Shown piece after piece: positions 17,642 through 26,942 of a stretch of 64,000 bases of DNA; the stretch's first letter is position 1; each line of letters opens with the position of its first letter. The DNA is from an uncultured Flavobacteriaceae bacterium (lineage in GTDB: Bacteria; Bacteroidota; Bacteroidia; Flavobacteriales; Flavobacteriaceae): NCBI GenBank assembly GCA_964434705.1, contig CAYSVY010000012.1, forward strand, positions 13,252-77,251. Direction: 5' to 3'. Position numbers and translations under genes: made by a program. The notes beneath the pieces were generated by a model. It searched no databases. It had not been told where the DNA came from and saw nothing but the letters and a program-made list of their open reading frames with translations.

Positions 17642-18542
17642 ATACCTTATCAATATAGTTGGGCCAACGGCAATTGGGAAAACCGCTTTGAGCATTAAAC
17701 TAGCTCAGCATTTTAATACCGAAATCATATCATCAGATTCCAGACAGTTTTATAAGGAAATGACCATTGGTACTGCTGTGCCATCCAAAGAAGAATTAGC
17801 ATCTGCTAAGCATCATTTTATTCAGCACATTTCGGTTAAAGATGATTATTCCGTTGGCAACTTTGAAGTTGATGCTCTAAAAACAATCAAAAAAGTGCAT
17901 CAAACAAATGATTATGTCATTATGGTAGGAGGTTCAGGATTGTATTCCAAAGCTGTAACAAACGGATTGGACGAATTTCCTGCGGTGGATAAAAAGGTTA
18001 GAGAAAATTTGAATACTATCTTAAAATCCCAAGGAATAGTAGCACTCCAGCAACAATTAAAAAATCTTGACCCTTTGGCCTATAATAATATTGCGATTGA
18101 CAATCCGCAACGTGTTATCAGGGCTTTGGAAATATGTTTGGGAACTGAAAAGCCATACTCCGCTTATTTAACAAAAACCAGTAAAAAAAGAAATTTTAAA
18201 ACCATCAGCATTGGACTAAATGCCGAACGAGAAATAATTTACGACAGAATCAACAAACGTGTAGATATTATGGTTGAAAACGGTTTGCTTGATGAGGCAA
18301 AACAACTTTTGCCATACAAACACTTAAACGCCTTAAATACGGTTGGTTACAAAGAACTATTTAAATATTTTGAAGGTAAATGGGATTTAGATTTTGCCAT
18401 TTCAGAAATTAAGAAAAATACACGTCGTTTTGCGAAACGCCAACTCACTTGGAACCGAAAAAATGACACCATAAAATGGTTTGATTACATGACACTATAT
18501 GCCGAAATCGCAAAACACATTAATGGTATTGTTGAAAAATAA
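17634..18542 (+). CDS. miaA: tRNA dimethylallyltransferase
   Basis: GPTAIGKT, SDSRQFY, VGGSGLY, NTRRFAKRQLTW; start reassigned to ATG 17634. Confidence 0.96.
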   Translation: MSKYLINIVGPTAIGKTALSIKLAQHFNTEIISSDSRQFYKEMTIGTAVPSKEELASAKHHFIQHISVKDDYSVGNFEVDALKTIKKVHQTNDYVIMVGGSGLYSKAVTNGLDEFPAVDKKVRENLNTILKSQGIVALQQQLKNLDPLAYNNIAIDNPQRVIRALEICLGTEKPYSAYLTKTSKKRNFKTISIGLNAEREIIYDRINKRVDIMVENGLLDEAKQLLPYKHLNALNTVGYKELFKYFEGKWDLDFAISEIKKNTRRFAKRQLTWNRKNDTIKWFDYMTLYAEIAKHINGIVEK

Positions 18543-18567
18543 AAACCGGCAATTAAGCCGGTTTTTT
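18541..18567. terminator. Bidirectional intrinsic terminator
   Basis: AAAAACCGGC-AATTAA-GCCGGTTTTTT between convergent miaA and rprY. Confidence 0.85.
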
Positions 18568-18587
18568 CAATTAACACTATTAATCAC

Positions 18588-19292
18588 TTATTTATTAATG
18601 ACCAAGCGGAAACCTTCTCCATGAATATTCAGGATTTCAACATCTGGATCTAATTTTAAGTACTTCCGCAACTTAGCAATATATACGTCCATACTTCTTG
18701 ACGTAAAGTAATTATCATCACGCCAAATTTTTGTCAATGCTAATTCTCTTGGCATTAAATCGTTTTCATGCAATGCTAAAAGTCTTAACAATTCGTTCTC
18801 TTTAGGTGATAATTTTTCAGGTTCTCCGCCATCAAAAGATAAAAATCTTAGTTTAGAATTTAGATGAAATTTTCCAATTTCAAATTCAAATTGCTTACTG
18901 TCTGCAACACTGTCCGAAGCTTTACGTTGCATAATAGCTTTTATTTTCATTAACAACACTTCACTGTCAAAAGGCTTGTTCAAATAATCATCAGCACCAA
19001 CTTTATAACCTTTTAGGACGTCTTCTTTCATTGCCTTAGCAGTTAAAAATACGATTGGCACATCTGTATTTTTTTCTCTGATTTCCTTAGCTAGTGTAAA
19101 ACCATCTTTATAAGGCATCATGACATCTAAAATACAAAGGTCATAATCGTCTTTTTTAAACTTTTCAAAGCCTTCCATTCCGTTTTTGGCATGGACAACG
19201 TCATAGTCGTTCATGATTAGATAATCTTTTAAAACGGTCCCAAAATTTGGGTCATCTTCAACTAATAATATTTTTTTGTTTACTTCTTCCAT
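18588..19292 (-). CDS. rprY: OmpR/PhoB-family response regulator, RprY-like
   Basis: LLVEDD, LDVMMP.KDGFTLA, FLTAK, IW.DDNYF.SRSMDVYIAKLRK, NIHGEGF closely resemble Bacteroides RprY. Confidence 0.8.
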   Translation of the reverse strand: MEEVNKKILLVEDDPNFGTVLKDYLIMNDYDVVHAKNGMEGFEKFKKDDYDLCILDVMMPYKDGFTLAKEIREKNTDVPIVFLTAKAMKEDVLKGYKVGADDYLNKPFDSEVLLMKIKAIMQRKASDSVADSKQFEFEIGKFHLNSKLRFLSFDGGEPEKLSPKENELLRLLALHENDLMPRELALTKIWRDDNYFTSRSMDVYIAKLRKYLKLDPDVEILNIHGEGFRLVINK

Positions 19293-19296
19293 AATT

Positions 19297-20871
19297 TTAT
19301 GATATTAGAGGAAGTTTTATTGTAAAAACACTTCCTTTTCCTTTTTCACTTTCTACTGATATATGACCTTGATGGTCTTCTACTATTCTTTTTACGTAGG
19401 CCAAACCTAAACCGTGACCTTTTACATTATGCACATTTCCTGTATGTTCTCTATAAAACTTTTCAAAAACCCGTTTTTGTACTTGTTTTGACATTCCGTT
19501 GCCCTGATCTGCAATTTTTAGCAATACATTATTTCCCACATTTTCAGTGTATACATCTATTTTAGGTGCATCACTAGAATATTTTATAGCATTATCAAAC
19601 ATATTTACGACGACATTTGTAAAATGCGTTTCATTGGCCAATACCGATGATTTGGCAGCCTTTAAATGCAGGTTGATGTACCCTTTTTTATCCTCAACAA
19701 TTAACTGAACGTGTGTAACCGCATCCTCTATTAGGTCGTGTAGCTTAATACGTTCCTTACTGATATTGAGCTCATTTTTTTCTAACTTGGATATTCTGAG
19801 CACGTTTTCTACTTGAGCGTGCATGCGTTTATTTTCATCTTTTATCATTCCCAGGTAACGCAGTACCTTTTCTTGATCATTTAGAATTTTTGGATTTTTG
19901 ATAGAATCTAAAGCCAGATTAATTGTTGCAATAGGTGTTTTAAACTCATGAGTCATATTATTTATAAAATCAGTTTTTATCTGGGATATCTGACGTTGCT
20001 TTATCAACTGGTAAATGGCACTAGAGTATGCTACTATTATGACGCTTGTAAAAACAATTGAAAGCACTATCATCCATAAAATGGTTGACAATAAAAACTT
20101 GTTACGCTTTGGAAAATCTACCCATAACGTGTAAGGACTTTCATTATTATTATCTAAAAGTACCTTTACGCCAAGTGATTGATCTGTGATTTCAAAATTT
20201 TCTGAGCGTACTTTAGTAGCTAAGTCATTGTCATAAATGGCATATTCAAACTCAAGTTCTACGCCTTCGTTTTTGAGGTTTTTTTCCAACAAGGCCTTTA
20301 CTGTTTTTGAACTTATCCTATTATAAATAGGGTAATTTGAAACTGCCATCAATTGCTTAAAGGTTTCCTTTTGAAGGTACTTTTGTGCATCGGTTGGCAT
20401 TGTATTTACTTGCCTAAATTGTTTTATAGGTCTTGCTAAACCGTCATCTAATGCACTTTTACTAAAAATCTGAGTGACACTTTCGTTAGTGAGCTTGCTT
20501 ATGCTCATACTATCTGCATCTATTTCAAAGAACAACGATGGTATTTTGAAGCGCTCTTCTAAAATTATGTTCCTATGGACTATGGTTTGATCACTATCTT
20601 CATCATCCATAGCTACAAAAAGTCTTTGTATCAGTGTTGAATCTGGTTCATTTGAATTAACGAGATATGGCTGAATTTTTTCGAAATAATTTCTAAACTC
20701 ATAATCTTCAATTTGCTTAGAAACAAAACTTAAGGAGCGTTTTACGTTTAATGTAAACTGTTGGCGCTCGTTCTCCAAACTCTTATTAATAAAAAAAGAC
20801 TGAACGAAAATGATTCCAATGAGCGATAAACTCATTAATACCACTAATAAGACGAATAGCTTTTTACCCAT
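19297..20871 (-). CDS. rprX: Sensor histidine kinase, RprX-like
   Basis: Two TM segments, H-box DFINNMTHEFKTP, N/G boxes NAIKY, DQGNG, GHGLGL. Confidence 0.8.
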   Translation of the reverse strand: MGKKLFVLLVVLMSLSLIGIIFVQSFFINKSLENERQQFTLNVKRSLSFVSKQIEDYEFRNYFEKIQPYLVNSNEPDSTLIQRLFVAMDDEDSDQTIVHRNIILEERFKIPSLFFEIDADSMSISKLTNESVTQIFSKSALDDGLARPIKQFRQVNTMPTDAQKYLQKETFKQLMAVSNYPIYNRISSKTVKALLEKNLKNEGVELEFEYAIYDNDLATKVRSENFEITDQSLGVKVLLDNNNESPYTLWVDFPKRNKFLLSTILWMIVLSIVFTSVIIVAYSSAIYQLIKQRQISQIKTDFINNMTHEFKTPIATINLALDSIKNPKILNDQEKVLRYLGMIKDENKRMHAQVENVLRISKLEKNELNISKERIKLHDLIEDAVTHVQLIVEDKKGYINLHLKAAKSSVLANETHFTNVVVNMFDNAIKYSSDAPKIDVYTENVGNNVLLKIADQGNGMSKQVQKRVFEKFYREHTGNVHNVKGHGLGLAYVKRIVEDHQGHISVESEKGKGSVFTIKLPLIS

Positions 20872-20875
20872 CGTT

Positions 20876-20938
20876 CAAATTTAACATTTTAACATTTAGC
20901 TTAAATTGTGTTTAACCTTACCTTAACACAAATGTTAA
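20876..20938 (-). promoter_or_regulatory. rprXY promoter: -7 box (TAAATTTG, 20883-20876) plus TTAAC direct repeats
   Basis: TTAACA 20881, 20889; TTAAAT 20901, TTAACC 20912, TTAACA 20923 (11-bp period); TGTTAA 20933. Confidence 0.55.
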
Positions 20939-20941
20939 AAT

Positions 20942-21550
20942 CTAGTTTTTCAAAATATGTGCCAGTATTTTATTGTGTATTTCTTGTACTTGTGGCTCTA
21001 ATCCTTCGATGGAATTGTTATGTATTATGAAGTGAGATTTTTTTATCTTTTCCTTATCTGGCAACTGGTTATTAATAATATTTAAGACTTGGTCTTGAGT
21101 TTTATTATCTCTAGCCATAACGCGTTTTACCCGTTGCTCTTTATCTGCTACAACAGTGATAATTAAATCGTATTGATTTTCTAATTTATTTTCAAAAATA
21201 ATTGCCACCTCTTTTAATATATAAGGCGTATTTTGTTTTTTGAGCCATCGTTTAAAATGTGAGCCTACTTTAGGATGTACAACAGCATTCATCTTTGCCA
21301 ATAAGGTTTGGTTACTGAATATTTTATTGGCGACAAATTCCCTGTTAAGACCATCAATGTTATAAGCATTTTGTCCAAAAAGAGCAACAAGTTTTCTCTT
21401 GATAACTTTTGATCTGTTCATCAATGCCTTTGCCTCATCATCGGCAAAATATATGGGTACACCTAGTTTATCAAAATACTTAGCAACAGTAGTTTTACCA
21501 CTACCTATGCCACCTGTAATACCTACTACAATTGGTGAGCTAACTTGCAT
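20942..21550 (-). CDS. coaE: Dephospho-CoA kinase
   Basis: GITGGIGSGKTT, ADDEAK, VHPKV. Confidence 0.95.
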   Translation of the reverse strand: MQVSSPIVVGITGGIGSGKTTVAKYFDKLGVPIYFADDEAKALMNRSKVIKRKLVALFGQNAYNIDGLNREFVANKIFSNQTLLAKMNAVVHPKVGSHFKRWLKKQNTPYILKEVAIIFENKLENQYDLIITVVADKEQRVKRVMARDNKTQDQVLNIINNQLPDKEKIKKSHFIIHNNSIEGLEPQVQEIHNKILAHILKN

Positions 21551-22519
21551 TTAATTGAGAATAATATATTCGATATTGGTTTGATTGAGACGTATTGATT
21601 TGATAAAGTTTGATTTTGACTCTATTTGGATGGGCAAATAGCGATTGTCATCTATATTAACATCAGCAAAATCTACATAAAGCTCAAAATCTTCTTGATC
21701 AACGTTTTTATAATGCTCTAAATCTACATAATAAAATAATTCTACATCTTTCGGAAAATAATTTATTTTAGTTTCCAAGGGTAAATTCCGTATGCTTATA
21801 GGTAGTTTTAAGCTTCCTTCTGTAAATTGTTTTACTTCTCCGTAAACATCAACACTTTCAGGCATAACAGATATGGGAGAATTATTACTGTACTTAAGAT
21901 TAAGGCGCAATTCAATATCTTTCTTTACTTCGTTTAGGGTCAGTAGTTCTGTCTCAATATAATTTATATCTGCAAGTAAATCTTTTGGACCAACTAATTT
22001 TACAGAGTCGGTTGAGAGTTCAAAATCTTTTGATAAATCGTAGCCCTTTGCAAAGTTAATATCCTTATCTACTACTACCGGCACTCTTTTGGAAGATAAT
22101 GTGATATATTGAATTGCAAGTGTATCTGGTTTAACAGATAGAATATCAATTGAATTTGAAATCACCGAACGTAAAAGATGTCTGTTATTTGAAGCATCCC
22201 AATACAAATAAGCGTCATTTTTGAAAGTATCCTTTCCAGCTCTTAATTTTATGGTTTTAGAATTATAAAACAAGTATGGCAACAAACTAAACCCTTTCCC
22301 CTTTAAAACAACTTCTAATTGTGATGTTGAATCTTTTTGTAAAACAACTTCGTCCTTTAAGTTTTCTACTTCAACATTAAAAAGAAATGACTGCGTGTAA
22401 GTTTCAGAGAATTTTGTAAGAAGCAAGAACAGAAATGCAACAAGTAAAAAGATAGAAAATCGTTTCAGCTTACTACTTGTTATATATTGCCTTATACCTG
22501 TTTTACCATCTTTTTTCAT
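21551..22519 (-). CDS. YbbR/CdaR-like domain protein
   Basis: N-terminal TM; KRVPV, PDTL, V.LVGP; usual position upstream of coaE. Confidence 0.7.
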   Translation of the reverse strand: MKKDGKTGIRQYITSSKLKRFSIFLLVAFLFLLLTKFSETYTQSFLFNVEVENLKDEVVLQKDSTSQLEVVLKGKGFSLLPYLFYNSKTIKLRAGKDTFKNDAYLYWDASNNRHLLRSVISNSIDILSVKPDTLAIQYITLSSKRVPVVVDKDINFAKGYDLSKDFELSTDSVKLVGPKDLLADINYIETELLTLNEVKKDIELRLNLKYSNNSPISVMPESVDVYGEVKQFTEGSLKLPISIRNLPLETKINYFPKDVELFYYVDLEHYKNVDQEDFELYVDFADVNIDDNRYLPIQIESKSNFIKSIRLNQTNIEYIILN

Positions 22520-23520
22520 TTAAAAAAAAGTTTTGGGAACAACTGCTCCGGAGCTTTATTTGAAACCATTAATTTCATGGTTGAAACTAAAAACCCTTTT
22601 CCATAGCCATAAAATTGAATAGTTACGGCAAAAACTGCCATAGTTCCTATTATTAGGCTTTTAGTTGAAATGACTGCTATTATGAATACCAAAAGAAAAT
22701 AAAAAAAATACATTAATAAAACCCATAGGTGTCCTAAACACGATAATACTAATGCCAGTAAAAAGCCTATTGAAAACAAAGTGGGAAACCAAAACACAAT
22801 ACTTTTTGATTTTGGGTGCCAACAATTTAATATTGGCCGTACCGACCCAAATTTATTAACCTGTTTGTAAAATTTAGACCAAGATATACGTCGTTTATGA
22901 TAGACCTTAGCCGTATTAATAAGTACGGTTTTATAGCCTAAACTTTGTAATCTTAGTGCTAAATCTGGATCTTCACCTGGATGTATTTTACCAAATCCAC
23001 CACTATTTTTAAACGCTTCTTGAGATAGTCCCATATTGAAACTCCTAGGCTGAAAATCTTCTATTAATTCTCCACCACCTCTAATTCCACCAGTGGAAAT
23101 AAATGACGTCATTGCAAAATTAATAGCCTTTTGAAGCAGTGTAAAAGAAGTATGTGCTGTATCTGGCCCGCCAAAACAATGGTAAAAGTTTTGGTATAAG
23201 AAGGCATCCACATTGCTTAAATAGTCTTTTGGTAACAGAACATCAGAATCTAAGATAATAAAATAGTTTCCCTTTGCTTTTCGCATTCCAAAATTACGGG
23301 AATCTCCAGGACCAGAATTCTCTTTAGAATAGTATGAAATTGATAGTTGAGTATTGTATTTAGACACAATATCTTGTGAGCTTATCTGAGATCCATCTTC
23401 GACAATAACTATTTCGAAATCTCGATCATAGTCCAAATTACAGAAACTCTCAAGCAACTCATCGATTTCATTTGGCCTATTGTATACCGGTACAATAAAA
23501 GAATACATTAAATCTACCAT
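22516..23520 (-). CDS. Glycosyltransferase family 2
   Basis: SFIVPVYNRP, VEDGS, GPGDSRNFG, ILDSD, GEDPD; start ATG 23520 or 23508. Confidence 0.9.
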   Translation of the reverse strand: MVDLMYSFIVPVYNRPNEIDELLESFCNLDYDRDFEIVIVEDGSQISSQDIVSKYNTQLSISYYSKENSGPGDSRNFGMRKAKGNYFIILDSDVLLPKDYLSNVDAFLYQNFYHCFGGPDTAHTSFTLLQKAINFAMTSFISTGGIRGGGELIEDFQPRSFNMGLSQEAFKNSGGFGKIHPGEDPDLALRLQSLGYKTVLINTAKVYHKRRISWSKFYKQVNKFGSVRPILNCWHPKSKSIVFWFPTLFSIGFLLALVLSCLGHLWVLLMYFFYFLLVFIIAVISTKSLIIGTMAVFAVTIQFYGYGKGFLVSTMKLMVSNKAPEQLFPKLFFK

Positions 23521-23549
23521 CTTAAGCAAAAGTAACCAAAGTACATAAA

Positions 23550-23574
23550 AAAAGCCACCGTTAAGGTGGCTTTT
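23550..23574 (-). terminator. Intrinsic terminator of T9SS cargo gene
   Basis: AAAAGCCACC-GTTAA-GGTGGCTTTT. Confidence 0.85.
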
Positions 23575-23594
23575 ATAGTATTACATAACTTTAA

Positions 23595-26540
23595 TTATTC
23601 CTTAATAATGCGTATGGTTTGAATAGTATCATTAATAGATACTCTTACAAAATAAGCACCAGGATTTAAGTTTGTCATATCAACTTCAGTAGAAACTGTG
23701 TTAGGTGCAAGCTTCATAACTTGTTGACCTAGCATATTGTACATAACAACGTCTGTAATGTCCTGCTGTGCATTTAAGTTTAAAGTATTCTTAACTGGGT
23801 TTGGATAGTAGGTAAAACCTGTTTCACTATCAAAATCACCATTTGAGAAAGTAGTTTCGCTTACTGTTAGTGTAAATGGACCATCAGCTGCACGAGTAAC
23901 AGTACCATCATTATAAACACGTACAAAATAAGTAACGCCATCAGTTAATGAACCAACCTCATCTCCATCACTTCCACAACCAACTTCAGTTCCTCCACAA
24001 GAATCGTACACCACAACAAATTGTGCTGTAGTTGCTATTGTAATTGACTCAGAAGTAGGTGCTACAAAAGAATACCATAAGTCATTACCTGTACCTGTTG
24101 CGTCACATACAGTAGTGCCAACACCTGAGTCCGTAGCTCCTACGGTAGTACCAGACACTTGAGCGCCTAGGGTTAATTCAATAGCGCCAGCACAATCGTC
24201 GTTAGGTAGTGGTGAATATGCCGAAGTAAACCATGTACCAAAGGCATTATTACTATATTCAAAAACTCTTACATAAAGTAATTGACCAGCTAATGCACTA
24301 TCCGCACCATCTAAATCATACTCAATTAATGCATGTGCACCATCTGGACTATCATCGTCATCACAACCTTCAAGCACAAAAGCACCAATTGCTCCAGAAT
24401 ATACAGCCATTCCTGTATCTCCAATAACAGGTGTAGAAGATAGATCTCTGTTTGTTTCTATTATTAATGTACCGCTAGCTGGAGCCATAACTGTATACCA
24501 TACATCGCCGCCAGAATATGAACTACAACCTGGTGCAGGAATTGAAGAATCAGTATCCTCAGAGGCAGTAGCACTTATGTTAGTTGTAGTAACCTGATTG
24601 TCTGAAAACTGAACACCTACAGTCAGTGCTTCAGCACCTGAAGGATCATCATTAGCAGGTGGTGGTGGCGGTGGCAGTGGTGACGTTACACAAACATCAA
24701 AAGACGATCTTGTTGCTGTATTACTACTCCAAGTATATATTCTGAAAAAATATTCATTTCCACTGCTTAATCCTGTTAATTCAATAGGAGAATTTGGTGT
24801 ATCTTGACAAGTTATTTGTGTTCCTCCACATGCGTCAAATACCTGTGTCACTATATCAGACGAACCACCTGAATTAGTAACAACTATATTATGAGCTGAT
24901 TGTGTAGCCGTAAATCGATACCAAACATCATCATCGGCAGTTCCCAAACATCCTGATGGACCCGCGGTAGCATCAATAGTGGTACCTGCAACTGCTCCTG
25001 TACAAGTATCGTCCACACTTGGTGTTAATTCAGTAGCAGTAGAGCAATTATCATTTGCCGGTGGACATGCATCTATTTGGTATGTACCCAACTCAAAATC
25101 ACAAGCTGAATTGCCGTGAACTACAGTTAAAGTTCTTGAGTCACCAAAGTTATATGGACCAGCCGTAGCAACTCCTCCAGAAATTGGATATGTAGTGGTT
25201 CCATCATTAACTCCAATAGCGTCATTTTCTTCACTAAAGGTAACTACAACATCAAACATATCTCCAGGAGAAGGACAATTTGTTGTTGTCTCAGCAGTAG
25301 CTACACCTGATGTACATGATAAGAAATAACCACAAAGATCGAATGTACCAGTGTCATTGTTGCCAAAATCCCAAAGTCTTAAATAATAGGTTTCGCCTGA
25401 AGTAAGACCTGTTAATTCCCAAGGCCATCCTAGATTAAAATCTCTACAGCCTAAATCAACAAAACTACCTGGAGTGCCTGAATAATAAGTCCCAGCAATA
25501 GAAGATATCCCGGTTACATTTTCAGTATTTAGAGTAACTATACCAGATGCTGGAGCAACAAAAGTATACCACAGATCACCGCCATTATAGGCACCACAAG
25601 TAGGCGCAATCTCACCAGAGTCTGAAGTAAACTCATTAGAAATACCCGTAATACTATTAGCGCCACACGCTGTACCCTCATCTAAGGTTAATGGCAAAGC
25701 ACCGCTTGGCAAATCATTAACTGGAGGTGTTAGGGTAGTAAAAGTCTGTTCTGTACACCCAGTAGCAACACCATTAGCGTTATAAGGTGTAATAGTTACA
25801 TAATATGTAGTTGCAGGCATTAAAGTGCCTAAAGCGTAAGATGATACATTACCTACATCTACATTATCTGCTAAATCATTTCCTCCCATGGATGACCCAG
25901 CTGTAATTCTATAGCCCGTTGGAACACCAGTAGCACCAGTCCAAGAAATTGTACCATCTATTGGTACGTTGGTAGTTTCAACTAAAACTGAGTCACAGTT
26001 TGGTGGAGTTGTCGCTACTTGGTTTGCTTGAAAATTATCTACATAAAACCAATAATCACCAGTTGCCCAAGTATTTAAAATACGAAGTTGAACATCTGAA
26101 TTCATTGGCAAATTAGCCCCAGGAATTGTTGTCGAAATTGGCGCACAACTTGCAGAAGAAACATGATTTGAATCATCAATAATCAAGACAGTTATCCAAT
26201 TAGAACCGTTATCTGTTGAATATTGTAACTCAGCCGTACCCCAACCTGGAGCTGTAGCACCGTAAAAATAGTAATCTACAATCCTATAGTCAAAACTAAT
26301 AGACAAATCAGTTTCATTAGAAATACCTACTTGATTATCCGTTGTTAAGTTGGCACTTTGAACACCACCGTAAATATTAGCGAGAAAAGAAGTTCCCTCA
26401 CAGGCTTGGAATGTACTACCAAAATATTCATCTGTAGACCATCCAGTTGGCAATCCGGTCTCGAAATCCGCACTTATACCAACTTGGGCATAAGTTAAAG
26501 ATAGAGACAAAAGCATAAATAAAAATGTAATTTTTTTCAT
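23595..26540 (-). CDS. T9SS type A sorting domain protein with FN3 and four ND(x)xxxA...D(L/V)WY repeats
   Basis: Signal peptide; CTD TYYPNPVKN...GAYFVRV...IRIIKE; repeats start PPVNDL, PPANDN, PPANDD, PLPNDD. Confidence 0.88.
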   Translation of the reverse strand: MKKITFLFMLLSLSLTYAQVGISADFETGLPTGWSTDEYFGSTFQACEGTSFLANIYGGVQSANLTTDNQVGISNETDLSISFDYRIVDYYFYGATAPGWGTAELQYSTDNGSNWITVLIIDDSNHVSSASCAPISTTIPGANLPMNSDVQLRILNTWATGDYWFYVDNFQANQVATTPPNCDSVLVETTNVPIDGTISWTGATGVPTGYRITAGSSMGGNDLADNVDVGNVSSYALGTLMPATTYYVTITPYNANGVATGCTEQTFTTLTPPVNDLPSGALPLTLDEGTACGANSITGISNEFTSDSGEIAPTCGAYNGGDLWYTFVAPASGIVTLNTENVTGISSIAGTYYSGTPGSFVDLGCRDFNLGWPWELTGLTSGETYYLRLWDFGNNDTGTFDLCGYFLSCTSGVATAETTTNCPSPGDMFDVVVTFSEENDAIGVNDGTTTYPISGGVATAGPYNFGDSRTLTVVHGNSACDFELGTYQIDACPPANDNCSTATELTPSVDDTCTGAVAGTTIDATAGPSGCLGTADDDVWYRFTATQSAHNIVVTNSGGSSDIVTQVFDACGGTQITCQDTPNSPIELTGLSSGNEYFFRIYTWSSNTATRSSFDVCVTSPLPPPPPPANDDPSGAEALTVGVQFSDNQVTTTNISATASEDTDSSIPAPGCSSYSGGDVWYTVMAPASGTLIIETNRDLSSTPVIGDTGMAVYSGAIGAFVLEGCDDDDSPDGAHALIEYDLDGADSALAGQLLYVRVFEYSNNAFGTWFTSAYSPLPNDDCAGAIELTLGAQVSGTTVGATDSGVGTTVCDATGTGNDLWYSFVAPTSESITIATTAQFVVVYDSCGGTEVGCGSDGDEVGSLTDGVTYFVRVYNDGTVTRAADGPFTLTVSETTFSNGDFDSETGFTYYPNPVKNTLNLNAQQDITDVVMYNMLGQQVMKLAPNTVSTEVDMTNLNPGAYFVRVSINDTIQTIRIIKE

Positions 26541-26942
26541 AAAAATAAATTAAAGTTAGTAGGCATTAAAAATATGTTAATTTTTTAAGAATTTGATTGA
26601 CAATAAACGACCAATCGACAAAATGTATTTTTTAACGTTAAAGTACGTATTCATATACATTGCTAATCCAAATTTTTTATGAGCGACCTAAAAAAATGAC
26701 GATGGTTGATGAACTTTTGGTATTAATAAAATGGGAAAACGTTTAAGAGAAGTATAAAATAGATAGCTATCTAAAACATTTTTTAATTGTATTGGTTTAG
26801 ATTAAATTTAAAATCTGGAAAAGTTGCATCTACGAAAATTTTGAGATAAAAAATTATTACATTCACGTTTTTAATCAAACTCACACTGTGAAATCCAAAA
26901 TATAATGCGTAGGCGTGAGTTTCTATATCTATGATCTTTTTT

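Noticed and set aside
26605-26720. ACGACCAATCGAC and GACGATGGTTGATG as a possible operator pair between the divergent T9SS genes
   Set aside because: Complementarity too weak to separate from chance without orthologue alignment.
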